A DNA stretch of 64,000 bases, taken from the NCBI GenBank assembly GCA_025594325.1, contig JANHCV010000017.1:310001-374000 (forward strand), in the 5' to 3' direction. Positions 6,826 to 20,390 of the stretch are shown here, piece by piece. The first letter of the stretch is position 1; every line of letters starts with the position of its first letter. Both the position numbers and the translations under genes were made by a program. The stretch comes from Blastocladiella emersonii ATCC 22665 (lineage: Eukaryota > Fungi > Blastocladiomycota). The notes under the pieces are model-generated. The model made no database searches. It had not been told where the DNA came from and saw only the letters and a list, made by a program, of their open reading frames with translations.

Positions 6826-9800
6826 CGCCAGATACCCAAATCTACGACCACGTTGCGCACACTCCACTAGCCAACTCTTCGATCCCCTAATTATGGAGCC
6901 CGTCGTCAAAGTCCACGGTCCAATCAACGAGGTAAACAGCGAACTTGTCAAACTGCCAACCTGCCAACCAAACACCCACGCCGCTTCTCAAGCCACGGTG
7001 GGCCCGCGCATTTGCGTTGCCGTCCCAGCCAACGAAGGAATGACTGATGAGCCCTGGTAGCCTGCTAGACTGACAGCCTGACAGCGCCCGCTCAGTTGCT
7101 ATTATCTATCTCGTAGGTAGTCTGGGAGGAGTTCGTTAGTCGATACGCGACCAGTCTCCTCCTGGCTGCCCGCTCTGCTGCCATCTCCAAGGCCCGCATG
7201 AAGATGGGCCAGGGAGGTTTACGAGCATTTCCTATCTCTCCTCTCTCCGTGTGAAACCATTCACCCGCGGACGGATGCGCACCACGCACCGTGCACCGCG
7301 CACCGCGCACCGCGCACCGCGCACCGTGCACCGCGCACCGCGCACCGCGCACAGCGCACCGCGGACAGCGCCCGATGCACCACACGCTGCGCACACGGCG
7401 CCAACGGCCACGCTGGTGTCACGCACACACACTCGCATGAACGGCAAGCAGGCAAGGCTTCCTCAACTCAACCATGATCCATCGTCCATGTCTGCTCGCT
7501 CCAACGGGTGCGCCTGCCTACCCTCCCAGTGCCATCGATTGATTGATTCATGTCCAGTGCTGCCCATGCTTTCATGGCCGCGGGGTCCGTCAGAACGCCT
7601 TGCAATGCGTGCGCCTGCATGCACCTGCACTGCAGAGCGCTGCAGAGGGCTGCACAGCGCTGCGGAGGGCTGCAGAGGGCTAAGGCGGCAGGGCTTCTCC
7701 TCCTGCAGGGGACAGTACCAAGGCCAAGGAGTGCTAGTGACTACTAACGGAATGGTGATTGGCCCCCTTCACACGCTCCTGGCAGGACTGCGTGTGGGCG
7801 TGCGGGCGTTTGTGCGTGCGTGCCTTGATTCGTCCACCATCATACGCGCAAAGTGACCAAGTGACCAAGTGACCAAGTGACCAAGGTGACCAAGGTGACC
7901 AAGGTGACCAAGGTGACCAAGGTGACCAAGTGACACACAAGCACCAAGCTAGGGTGGCCGGGCGGCCATGGAACGTACTGCATGGGAACCATTACCGTGG
8001 ACTGGCCGCGGCCATTTATCGCAGCACAGCCCTGCCTGGCTCAGGACGCGGCGGGCGTGGGAGGCAGGCAGGGTAGATCGGTAGCAGCAGCAGGACCTGG
8101 CTAGCTGGCTGTCAAACAACACAAGTGAAGGGGTGCGTGAGGGAGGGTGTGTTGAATGAATGGATGGGTGGATGCAGGCAGAGAGAGACCTTCATACGTG
8201 TCGTGGGTGATGAGGATTGGTTGGCCACCATCCACCAACGCCATGGCATGGCTGCGGGTGTCGCTGCGTGCGCCTTGGCGGGTGGTGTTGGTGGGTGGGT
8301 GGTCTTGGTGGGTGCTGTGGTGGTAGTGGAGCTAGAGTGGTGCCGTGGGGCTCTTGGGGTCCCCTTTCCTTCCTGTCTGGCCTAGGTGGGTCGGCGGACG
8401 CAGCGCGCATGCGGGCAAGGTAACAACATTGCTCACGCAATGGATCATGTATTTTATGGCAAGTAGTCTGCGAAGCAGAGACGGGGATGTCCGGCCCAAT
8501 CGGACCCTCCACGGATCACAATATGCACGCAATGAATTGACTGATGATAGGGATGTACCAAACCAGCCACGTAGACAATTGTCGTGGTTGTCGAACAAAA
8601 CCATATTCAAATCTTTGGCAACGCGCCTGTCCAGCTAGCCAGGGACCCATGAATCACAGTATCGACCCAACAAGATATTAGACCATGGTAATATAGTAAA
8701 CCAACCTCGTACATAATTGTCATGGTACTCAAACAAAACCATATTCAAGTCTTTGCTTTCCCGCATATCCAGCTGGCCAGGGACCCATAAATCACAGTAT
8801 CGAACGAACAAGATATCTTACCATGGAAATATAGTTAACCAGCCACGCGGACAATTGTCATGGTACTCAATCGAGACCACATTCAAGTCTTTGCTCTCCC
8901 GCATGTCAAGCTGGTTGAAGGCCCATTAATCACAGTATCGACCCAACAAGATATTTGACCATGGAAACATAGTAAACCAGCCACGCGGATAATTGTCATG
9001 GTACTCAATCAAAACCATATTCATATTTTTGCTTCCCCGTATGTCAAGCTGGTTGAAGACCCATAACTCACAGTATCGACCCAACAAGATATTTGACCAT
9101 GGAAACATAGTAAACCAGCCACGCGGATAATTGTCATGGTACTCAATCAAAACCATATTCATATTTTTGCTTCCCCGCATGTCAAGCTGGTTGAAGACCC
9201 ATAAATCACAGTATCGAACCAACAAAATATCTGACCATGGAAATATAGTTAACCAGCCACGCGGACAATTGTCATGGTACTCAATCGAAACCACATTCAA
9301 GTCTTTGCTCTCCCGCATGTCAAGCTGGTTGAAGGCCCATTAATCACAGTATCGACCCAACAAGATATTTGACCATGGAAACATAGTAAACCAGCCACGC
9401 GGATAATTGTCATGGTACTCAATCAAAACCATATTCAAGTCTTTGCTTTCCCGCACGTCCAGCTGGTTGAAGGCCCATAAATCACAGTATCGACCCAACA
9501 AAGTATCTGACAACCGAAATATAGCAGACAATCCACGCAGACAATTGTCATGCCACCTAATCAAAACCATATTCAAGTCTTTGCTTTCCCACATGTCAAG
9601 CTGGTTGAAGGCCCATAAATCACAGTATCGAACCAACGAAATATCTGACCATGGAAATATAGTAAAGCAGCCACGCAGATAATTGTCATGGTACTTAATC
9701 AAAACCATATTCATATTTTTGCTTCCCCGCATGTCAAGCTGGTTGAAGGCCCATAAATCACAGTATCGAACGAACAAGATATCTTACCATGGAAATATAG

Positions 9801-9894
9801 TTAACCAGCCACGCAAATGATTGTCATGCCACTTAATCAAAACCATACTCAAATGGTCGATTACCCTCACGTCCAAGCGGCCAAGGACCCAAAC
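6826..9894. repeat. Monomer 3 (3069 bp): 10 x 138 bp (8515-9894)
   Basis: Long start; A allele; ORF track identical to monomer 1. Confidence 0.97.
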
Positions 9895-12549
9895 CGCCAG
9901 ATACCCAAATCTACGACCACGTTGCGCACACTCCACTAGCCAACTCTTCGATCCCCTAATTATGGAGCCCGTCGTCAAAGTCCACGGTCCAATCAACGAG
10001 GTAAACAGCGAACTTGTCAAACTGCCAACCTGCCAACCAAACACCCACGCCGCTTCTCAAGCCACGGTGGGCCCGCGCATTTGCGTTGCCGTCCCAGCCA
10101 ACGAAGGAATGACTGATGAGCCCTGGTAGCCTGCTAGACTGACAGCCTGACAGCGCCCGCTCAGTTGCTATTATCTATCTCGTAGGTAGTCTGGGAGGAG
10201 TTCGTTAGTCGATACGCGACCAGTCTCCTCCTGGCTGCCCGCTCTGCTGCCATCTCCAAGGCCCGCATGAAGATGGGCCAGGGAGGTTTACGAGCATTTC
10301 CTATCTCTCCTCTCTCCGTGTGAAACCATTCACCCGCGGACGGATGCGCACCACGCACCGTGCACCGCGCACCGCGCACCGCGCACCGCGCACCGTGCAC
10401 CGCGCACCGCGCACCGCGCACAGCGCACCGCGGACAGCGCCCGATGCACCACACGCTGCGCACACGGCGCCAACGGCCACGCTGGTGTCACGCACACACA
10501 CTCGCATGAACGGCAAGCAGGCAAGGCTTCCTCAACTCAACCATGATCCATCGTCCATGTCTGCTCGCTCCAACGGGTGCGCCTGCCTACCCTCCCAGTG
10601 CCATCGATTGATTGATTCATGTCCAGTGCTGCCCATGCTTTCATGGCCGCGGGGTCCGTCAGAACGCCTTGCAATGCGTGCGCCTGCATGCACCTGCACT
10701 GCAGAGCGCTGCAGAGGGCTGCACAGCGCTGCGGAGGGCTGCAGAGGGCTAAGGCGGCAGGGCTTCTCCTCCTGCAGGGGACAGTACCAAGGCCAAGGAG
10801 TGCTAGTGACTACTAACGGAATGGTGATTGGCCCCCTTCACACGCTCCTGGCAGGACTGCGTGTGGGCGTGCGGGCGTTTGTGCGTGCGTGCCTTGATTC
10901 GTCCACCATCATACGCGCAAAGTGACCAAGTGACCAAGTGACCAAGTGACCAAGGTGACCAAGGTGACCAAGGTGACCAAGGTGACCAAGGTGACCAAGT
11001 GACACACAAGCACCAAGCTAGGGTGGCCGGGCGGCCATGGAACGTACTGCATGGGAACCATTACCGTGGACTGGCCGCGGCCATTTATCGCAGCACAGCC
11101 CTGCCTGGCTCAGGACGCGGCGGGCGTGGGAGGCAGGCAGGGTAGATCGGTAGCAGCAGCAGGACCTGGCTAGCTGGCTGTCAAACAACACAAGTGAAGG
11201 GGTGCGTGAGGGAGGGTGTGTTGAATGAATGGATGGGTGGATGCAGGCAGAGAGAGACCTTCATACGTGTCGTGGGTGATGAGGATTGGTTGGCCACCAT
11301 CCACCAACGCCATGGCATGGCTGCGGGTGTCGCTGCGTGCGCCTTGGCGGGTGGTGTTGGTGGGTGGGTGGTCTTGGTGGGTGCTGTGGTGGTAGTGGAG
11401 CTAGAGTGGTGCCGTGGGGCTCTTGGGGTCCCCTTTCCTTCCTGTCTGGCCTAGGTGGGTCGGCGGACGCAGCGCGCATGCGGGCAAGGTAACAACATTG
11501 CTCACGCAATGGATCATGTATTTTATGGCAAGTAGTCTGCGAAGCAGAGACGGGGATGTCCGGCCCAATCGGACCCTCCACGGATCACAATATGCACGCA
11601 ATGAATTGACTGATGATAGGGATGTACCAAACCAGCCACGCGGACAATTGTCATGGTACTCAATCGAGACCACATTCAAGTCTTTGCTCTCCCGCATGTC
11701 AAGCTGGTTGAAGGCCCATTAATCACAGTATCGACCCAACAAGATATTTGACCATGGAAACATAGTAAACCAGCCACGCGGATAATTGTCATGGTACTCA
11801 ATCAAAACCATATTCATATTTTTGCTTCCCCGCATGTCAAGCTGGTTGAAGACCCATAAATCACAGTATCGAACCAACAAAATATCTGACCATGGAAATA
11901 TAGTTAACCAGCCACGCGGACAATTGTCATGGTACTCAATCGAAACCACATTCAAGTCTTTGCTCTCCCGCATGTCAAGCTGGTTGAAGGCCCATTAATC
12001 ACAGTATCGACCCAACAAGATATTTGACCATGGAAACATAGTAAACCAGCCACGCGGATAATTGTCATGGTACTCAATCAAAACTATATTCAAGTCTTTG
12101 CTTTCCCGCACGTCCAGCTGGTTGAAGGCCCATAAATCACAGTATCGACCCAACAAAGTATCTGACAACCGAAATATAGCAGACAATCCACGCAGACAAT
12201 TGTCATGCCACCTAATCAAAACCATATTCAAGTCTTTGCTTTCCCACATGTCAAGCTGGTTGAAGGCCCATAAATCACAGTATCGAACCAACGAAATATC
12301 TGACCATGGAAATATAGTAAAGCAGCCACGCAGATAATTGTCATGGTACTTAATCAAAACCATATTCATATTTTTGCTTCCCCGCATGTCAAGCTGGTTG
12401 AAGGCCCATAAATCACAGTATCGAACGAACAAGATATCTTACCATGGAAATATAGTTAACCAGCCACGCAAATGATTGTCATGCCACTTAATCAAAACCA
12501 TACTCAAATGGTCGATTACCCTCACGTCCAAGCGGCCAAGGACCCAAAC
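9895..12549. repeat. Monomer 4 (2655 bp): 7 x 138 bp (11584-12549)
   Basis: Short start; A allele; private C>T at 12085. Confidence 0.97.
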
Positions 12550-15204
12550 CGCCAGATACCCAAATCTACGACCACGTTGCGCACACTCCACTAGCCAACT
12601 CTTCGATCCCCTAATTATGGAGCCCGTCGTCAAAGTCCACGGTCCAATCAACGAGGTAAACAGCGAACTTGTCAAACTGCCAACCTGCCAACCAAACACC
12701 CACGCCGCTTCTCAAGCCACGGTGGGCCCGCGCATTTGCGTTGCCGTCCCAGCCAACGAAGGAATGACTGATGAGCCCTGGTAGCCTGCTAGACTGACAG
12801 CCTGACAGCGCCCGCTCAGTTGCTATTATCTATCTCGTAGGTAGTCTGGGAGGAGTTCGTTAGTCGATACGCGACCAGTCTCCTCCTGGCTGCCCGCTCT
12901 GCTGCCATCTCCAAGGCCCGCATGAAGATGGGCCAGGGAGGTTTACGAGCATTTCCTATCTCTCCTCTCTCCGTGTGAAACCATTCACCCGCGGACGGAT
13001 GCGCACCACGCACCGTGCACCGCGCACCGCGCACCGCGCACCGCGCACCGTGCACCGCGCACCGCGCACCGCGCACAGCGCACCGCGGACAGCGCCCGAT
13101 GCACCACACGCTGCGCACACGGCGCCAACGGCCACGCTGGTGTCACGCACACACACTCGCATGAACGGCAAGCAGGCAAGGCTTCCTCAACTCAACCATG
13201 ATCCATCGTCCATGTCTGCTCGCTCCAACGGGTGCGCCTGCCTACCCTCCCAGTGCCATCGATTGATTGATTCATGTCCAGTGCTGCCCATGCTTTCATG
13301 GCCGCGGGGTCCGTCAGAACGCCTTGCAATGCGTGCGCCTGCATGCACCTGCACTGCAGAGCGCTGCAGAGGGCTGCACAGCGCTGCGGAGGGCTGCAGA
13401 GGGCTAAGGCGGCAGGGCTTCTCCTCCTGCAGGGGACAGTACCAAGGCCAAGGAGTGCTAGTGACTACTAACGGAATGGTGATTGGCCCCCTTCACACGC
13501 TCCTGGCAGGACTGCGTGTGGGCGTGCGGGCGTTTGTGCGTGCGTGCCTTGATTCGTCCACCATCATACGCGCAAAGTGACCAAGTGACCAAGTGACCAA
13601 GTGACCAAGGTGACCAAGGTGACCAAGGTGACCAAGGTGACCAAGGTGACCAAGTGACACACAAGCACCAAGCTAGGGTGGCCGGGCGGCCATGGAACGT
13701 ACTGCATGGGAACCATTACCGTGGACTGGCCGCGGCCATTTATCGCAGCACAGCCCTGCCTGGCTCAGGACGCGGCGGGCGTGGGAGGCAGGCAGGGTAG
13801 ATCGGTAGCAGCAGCAGGACCTGGCTAGCTGGCTGTCAAACAACACAAGTGAAGGGGTGCGTGAGGGAGGGTGTGTTGAATGAATGGATGGGTGGATGCA
13901 GGCAGAGAGAGACCTTCGTACGTGTCGTGGGTGATGAGGATTGGTTGGCCACCATCCACCAACGCCATGGCATGGCTGCGGGTGTCGCTGCGTGCGCCTT
14001 GGCGGGTGGTGTTGGTGGGTGGGTGGTCTTGGTGGGTGCTGTGGTGGTAGTGGAGCTAGAGTGGTGCCGTGGGGCTCTTGGGGTCCCCTTTCCTTCCTGT
14101 CTGGCCTAGGTGGGTCGGCGGACGCAGCGCGCATGCGGGCAAGGTAACAACATTGCTCACGCAATGGATCATGTATTTTATGGCAAGTAGTCTGCGAAGC
14201 AGAGACGGGGATGTCCGGCCCAATCGGACCCTCCACGGATCACAATATGCACGCAATGAATTGACTGATGATAGGGATGTACCAAACCAGCCACGCGGAC
14301 AATTGTCATGGTACTCAATCGAGACCACATTCAAGTCTTTGCTCTCCCGCATGTCAAGCTGGTTGAAGGCCCATTAATCACAGTATCGACCCAACAAGAT
14401 ATTTGACCATGGAAACATAGTAAACCAGCCACGCGGATAATTGTCATGGTACTCAATCAAAACCATATTCATATTTTTGCTTCCCCGCATGTCAAGCTGG
14501 TTGAAGACCCATAAATCACAGTATCGAACCAACAAAATATCTGACCATGGAAATATAGTTAACCAGCCACGCGGACAATTGTCATGGTACTCAATCGAAA
14601 CCACATTCAAGTCTTTGCTCTCCCGCATGTCAAGCTGGTTGAAGGCCCATTAATCACAGTATCGACCCAACAAGATATTTGACCATGGAAACATAGTAAA
14701 CCAGCCACGCGGATAATTGTCATGGTACTCAATCAAAACCATATTCAAGTCTTTGCTTTCCCGCACGTCCAGCTGGTTGAAGGCCCATAAATCACAGTAT
14801 CGACCCAACAAAGTATCTGACAACCGAAATATAGCAGACAATCCACGCAGACAATTGTCATGCCACCTAATCAAAACCATATTCAAGTCTTTGCTTTCCC
14901 ACATGTCAAGCTGGTTGAAGGCCCATAAATCACAGTATCGAACCAACGAAATATCTGACCATGGAAATATAGTAAAGCAGCCACGCAGATAATTGTCATG
15001 GTACTTAATCAAAACCATATTCATATTTTTGCTTCCCCGCATGTCAAGCTGGTTGAAGGCCCATAAATCACAGTATCGAACGAACAAGATATCTTACCAT
15101 GGAAATATAGTTAACCAGCCACGCAAATGATTGTCATGCCACTTAATCAAAACCATACTCAAATGGTCGATTACCCTCACGTCCAAGCGGCCAAGGACCC
15201 AAAC
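12550..15204. repeat. Monomer 5 (2655 bp): 7 x 138 bp (14239-15204)
   Basis: Short start; first TTCGTACG (G) allele, at 13918. Confidence 0.97.
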
Positions 15205-18135
15205 CGCCAGATACCCAAATCTACGACCACGTTGCGCACACTCCACTAGCCAACTCTTCGATCCCCTAATTATGGAGCCCGTCGTCAAAGTCCACGGTCC
15301 AATCAACGAGGTAAACAGCGAACTTGTCAAACTGCCAACCTGCCAACCAAACACCCACGCCGCTTCTCAAGCCACGGTGGGCCCGCGCATTTGCGTTGCC
15401 GTCCCAGCCAACGAAGGAATGACTGATGAGCCCTGGTAGCCTGCTAGACTGACAGCCTGACAGCGCCCGCTCAGTTGCTATTATCTATCTCGTAGGTAGT
15501 CTGGGAGGAGTTCGTTAGTCGATACGCGACCAGTCTCCTCCTGGCTGCCCGCTCTGCTGCCATCTCCAAGGCCCGCATGAAGATGGGCCAGGGAGGTTTA
15601 CGAGCATTTCCTATCTCTCCTCTCTCCGTGTGAAACCATTCACCCGCGGACGGATGCGCACCACGCACCGTGCACCGCGCACCGCGCACCGCGCACCGCG
15701 CACCGTGCACCGCGCACCGCGCACCGCGCACAGCGCACCGCGGACAGCGCCCGATGCACCACACGCTGCGCACACGGCGCCAACGGCCACGCTGGTGTCA
15801 CGCACACACACTCGCATGAACGGCAAGCAGGCAAGGCTTCCTCAACTCAACCATGATCCATCGTCCATGTCTGCTCGCTCCAACGGGTGCGCCTGCCTAC
15901 CCTCCCAGTGCCATCGATTGATTGATTCATGTCCAGTGCTGCCCATGCTTTCATGGCCGCGGGGTCCGTCAGAACGCCTTGCAATGCGTGCGCCTGCATG
16001 CACCTGCACTGCAGAGCGCTGCAGAGGGCTGCACAGCGCTGCGGAGGGCTGCAGAGGGCTAAGGCGGCAGGGCTTCTCCTCCTGCAGGGGACAGTACCAA
16101 GGCCAAGGAGTGCTAGTGACTACTAACGGAATGGTGATTGGCCCCCTTCACACGCTCCTGGCAGGACTGCGTGTGGGCGTGCGGGCGTTTGTGCGTGCGT
16201 GCCTTGATTCGTCCACCATCATACGCGCAAAGTGACCAAGTGACCAAGTGACCAAGTGACCAAGGTGACCAAGGTGACCAAGGTGACCAAGGTGACCAAG
16301 GTGACCAAGTGACACACAAGCACCAAGCTAGGGTGGCCGGGCGGCCATGGAACGTACTGCATGGGAACCATTACCGTGGACTGGCCGCGGCCATTTATCG
16401 CAGCACAGCCCTGCCTGGCTCAGGACGCGGCGGGCGTGGGAGGCAGGCAGGGTAGATCGGTAGCAGCAGCAGGACCTGGCTAGCTGGCTGTCAAACAACA
16501 CAAGTGAAGGGGTGCGTGAGGGAGGGTGTGTTGAATGAATGGATGGGTGGATGCAGGCAGAGAGAGACCTTCATACGTGTCGTGGGTGATGAGGATTGGT
16601 TGGCCACCATCCACCAACGCCATGGCATGGCTGCGGGTGTCGCTGCGTGCGCCTTGGCGGGTGGTGTTGGTGGGTGGGTGGTCTTGGTGGGTGCTGTGGT
16701 GGTAGTGGAGCTAGAGTGGTGCCGTGGGGCTCTTGGGGTCCCCTTTCCTTCCTGTCTGGCCTAGGTGGGTCGGCGGACGCAGCGCGCATGCGGGCAAGGT
16801 AACAACATTGCTCACGCAATGGATCATGTATTTTATGGCAAGTAGTCTGCGAAGCAGAGACGGGGATGTCCGGCCCAATCGGACCCTCCACGGATCACAA
16901 TATGCACGCAATGAATTGACTGATGATAGGGATGTACCAAACCAGCCACGTAGACAATTGTCGTGGTTGTCGAACAAAACCATATTCAAATCTTTGGCAA
17001 CGCGCCTGTCCAGCTAGCCAGGGACCCATGAATCACAGTATCGACCCAACAAGATATTAGACCATGGTAATATAGTAAACCAACCTCGTACATAATTGTC
17101 ATGGTACTCAAACAAAACCATATTCAAGTCTTTGCTTTCCCGCATATCCAGCTGGCCAGGGACCCATAAATCACAGTATCGAACGAACAAGATATCTTAC
17201 CATGGAAATATAGTTAACCAGCCACGCGGACAATTGTCATGGTACTCAATCGAGACCACATTCAAGTCTTTGCTCTCCCGCATGTCAAGCTGGTTGAAGG
17301 CCCATTAATCACAGTATCGACCCAACAAGATATTTGACCATGGAAACATAGTGAACCAGCCACGCGGATAATTGTCATGGTACTCAATCAAAACCATATT
17401 CATATTTTTGCTTCCCCGCATGTCAAGCTGGTTGAAGACCCATTAATCACAGTATCGAACCAACAAAATATCTGACCATGGAAATATAGTTAACCAGCCA
17501 CGCGGACAATTGTCATGGTACTCAATCGAAACCACATTCAAGTCTTTGCTCTCCCGCATGTCAAGCTGGTTGAAGGCCCATAAATCACAGTATCGACCCA
17601 ACAAGATATTTGACCATGGAAACATAGTAAACCAGCCACGCGGACAATTGTCATGGTACTCAATCGAAACCATATTCAAGTCTTTGCTTTCCCGCACGTC
17701 CAGCTGGTTGAAGGCCCATAAATCACAGTATCGACCCAACAAAGTATCTGACAACCGAAATATAGCAGACAATCCACGCAGACAATTGTCATGCCACCTA
17801 ATCAAAACCATATTCAAGTCTTTGCTTTCCCACATGTCAAGCTGGTTGAAGGCCCATAAATCACAGTATCGAACCAACGAAATATCTGACCATGGAAATA
17901 TAGTAAAGCAGCCACGCAGATAATTGTCATGGTACTTAATCAAAACCATATTCATATTTTTGCTTCCCCGCATGTCAAGCTGGTTGAAGGCCCATAAATC
18001 ACAGTATCGAACGAACAAGATATCTTACCATGGAAATATAGTTAACCAGCCACGCAAATGATTGTCATGCCACTTAATCAAAACCATACTCAAATGGTCG
18101 ATTACCCTCACGTCCAAGCGGCCAAGGACCCAAAC
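15205..18135. repeat. Monomer 6 (2931 bp): 9 x 138 bp (16894-18135)
   Basis: Long start; A allele; private A>G at 17353. Confidence 0.97.
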
Positions 18136-20390
18136 CGCCAGATACCCAAATCTACGACCACGTTGCGCACACTCCACTAGCCAACTCTTCGATCCCCTAA
18201 TTATGGAGCCCGTCGTCAAAGTCCACGGTCCAATCAACGAGGTAAACAGCGAACTTGTCAAACTGCCAACCTGCCAACCAAACACCCACGCCGCTTCTCA
18301 AGCCACGGTGGGCCCGCGCATTTGCGTTGCCGTCCCAGCCAACGAAGGAATGACTGATGAGCCCTGGTAGCCTGCTAGACTGACAGCCTGACAGCGCCCG
18401 CTCAGTTGCTATTATCTATCTCGTAGGTAGTCTGGGAGGAGTTCGTTAGTCGATACGCGACCAGTCTCCTCCTGGCTGCCCGCTCTGCTGCCATCTCCAA
18501 GGCCCGCATGAAGATGGGCCAGGGAGGTTTACGAGCATTTCCTATCTCTCCTCTCTCCGTGTGAAACCATTCACCCGCGGACGGATGCGCACCACGCACC
18601 GTGCACCGCGCACCGCGCACCGCGCACCGCGCACCGTGCACCGCGCACCGCGCACCGCGCACAGCGCACCGCGGACAGCGCACCGCGGACAGCGCCCGAT
18701 GCACCACACGCTGCGCACACGGCGCCAACGGCCACGCTGGTGTCACGCACACACACTCGCATGAACGGCAAGCAGGCAAGGCTTCCTCAACTCAACCATG
18801 ATCCATCGTCCATGTCTGCTCGCTCCAACGGGTGCGCCTGCCTACCCTCCCAGTGCCATCGATTGATTGATTCATGTCCAGTGCTGCCCATGCTTTCATG
18901 GCCGCGGGGTCCGTCAGAACGCCTTGCAATGCGTGCGCCTGCATGCACCTGCACTGCAGAGCGCTGCAGAGGGCTGCACAGCGCTGCGGAGGGCTGCAGA
19001 GGGCTAAGGCGGCAGGGCTTCTCCTCCTGCAGGGGACAGTACCAAGGCCAAGGAGTGCTAGTGACTACTAACGGAATGGTGATTGGCCCCCTTCACACGC
19101 TCCTGGCAGGACTGCGTGTGGGCGTGCGGGCGTTTGTGCGTGCGTGCCTTGATTCGTCCACCATCATACGCGCAAAGTGACCAAGTGACCAAGTGACCAA
19201 GTGACCAAGGTGACCAAGGTGACCAAGGTGACCAAGGTGACCAAGGTGACCAAGTGACACACAAGCACCAAGCTAGGGTGGCCGGGCGGCCATGGAACGT
19301 ACTGCATGGGAACCATTACCGTGGACTGGCCGCGGCCATTTATCGCAGCACAGCCCTGCCTGGCTCAGGACGCGGCGGGCGTGGGAGGCAGGCAGGGTAG
19401 ATCGGTAGCAGCAGCAGGACCTGGCTAGCTGGCTGTCAAACAACACAAGTGAAGGGGTGCGTGAGGGAGGGTGTGTTGAATGAATGGATGGGTGGATGCA
19501 GGCAGAGAGAGACCTTCATACGTGTCGTGGGTGATGAGGATTGGTTGGCCACCATCCACCAACGCCATGGCATGGCTGCGGGTGTCGCTGCGTGCGCCTT
19601 GGCGGGTGGTGTTGGTGGGTGGGTGGTCTTGGTGGGTGCTGTGGTGGTAGTGGAGCTAGAGTGGTGCCGTGGGGCTCTTGGGGTCCCCTTTCCTTCCTGT
19701 CTGGCCTAGGTGGGTCGGCGGACGCAGCGCGCATGCGGGCAAGGTAACAACATTGCTCACGCAATGGATCATGTATTTTATGGCAAGTAGTCTGCGAAGC
19801 AGAGACGGGGATGTCCGGCCCAATCGGACCCTCCACGGATCACAATATGCACGCAATGAATTGACTGATGATAGGGATGTACCAAACCAGCCACGCGGAC
19901 AATTGTCATGGTACTCAATCGAGACCACATTCAAGTCTTTGCTCTCCCGCATGTCAAGCTGGTTGAAGGCCCATTAATCACAGTATCGACCCAACAAGAT
20001 ATTTGACCATGGAAACATAGTAAACCAGCCACGCGGATAATTGTCATGGTACTCAATCAAAACCATATTCAAGTCTTTGCTTTCCCGCACGTCAAGCTGG
20101 TTGAAGGCCCATAAATCACAGTATCGAACCAACGAAATATCTGACCATGGAAATATAGTAAAGCAGCCACGCAGATAATTGTCATGGTACTTAATCAAAA
20201 CCATATTCATATTTTTGCTTCCCCGCATGTCAAGCTGGTTGAAGGCCCATAAATCACAGTATCGAACGAACAAGATATCTTACCATGGAAATATAGTTAA
20301 CCAGCCACGCAAATGATTGTCATGCCACTTAATCAAAACCATACTCAAATGGTCGATTACCCTCACGTCCAAGCGGCCAAGGACCCAAAC
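18136..20390. repeat. Monomer 7 (2255 bp): 4 x 138 bp (19839-20390)
   Basis: Short start; +14; A allele. Confidence 0.97.

Noticed and set aside
13673-14236. 187-aa Pro/His-rich minus-strand ORF (106 aa in A-allele monomers)
   Set aside because: It is the antisense reading of the G/T-rich tract, its length toggles with one SNP, and it contains no recognisable domain.
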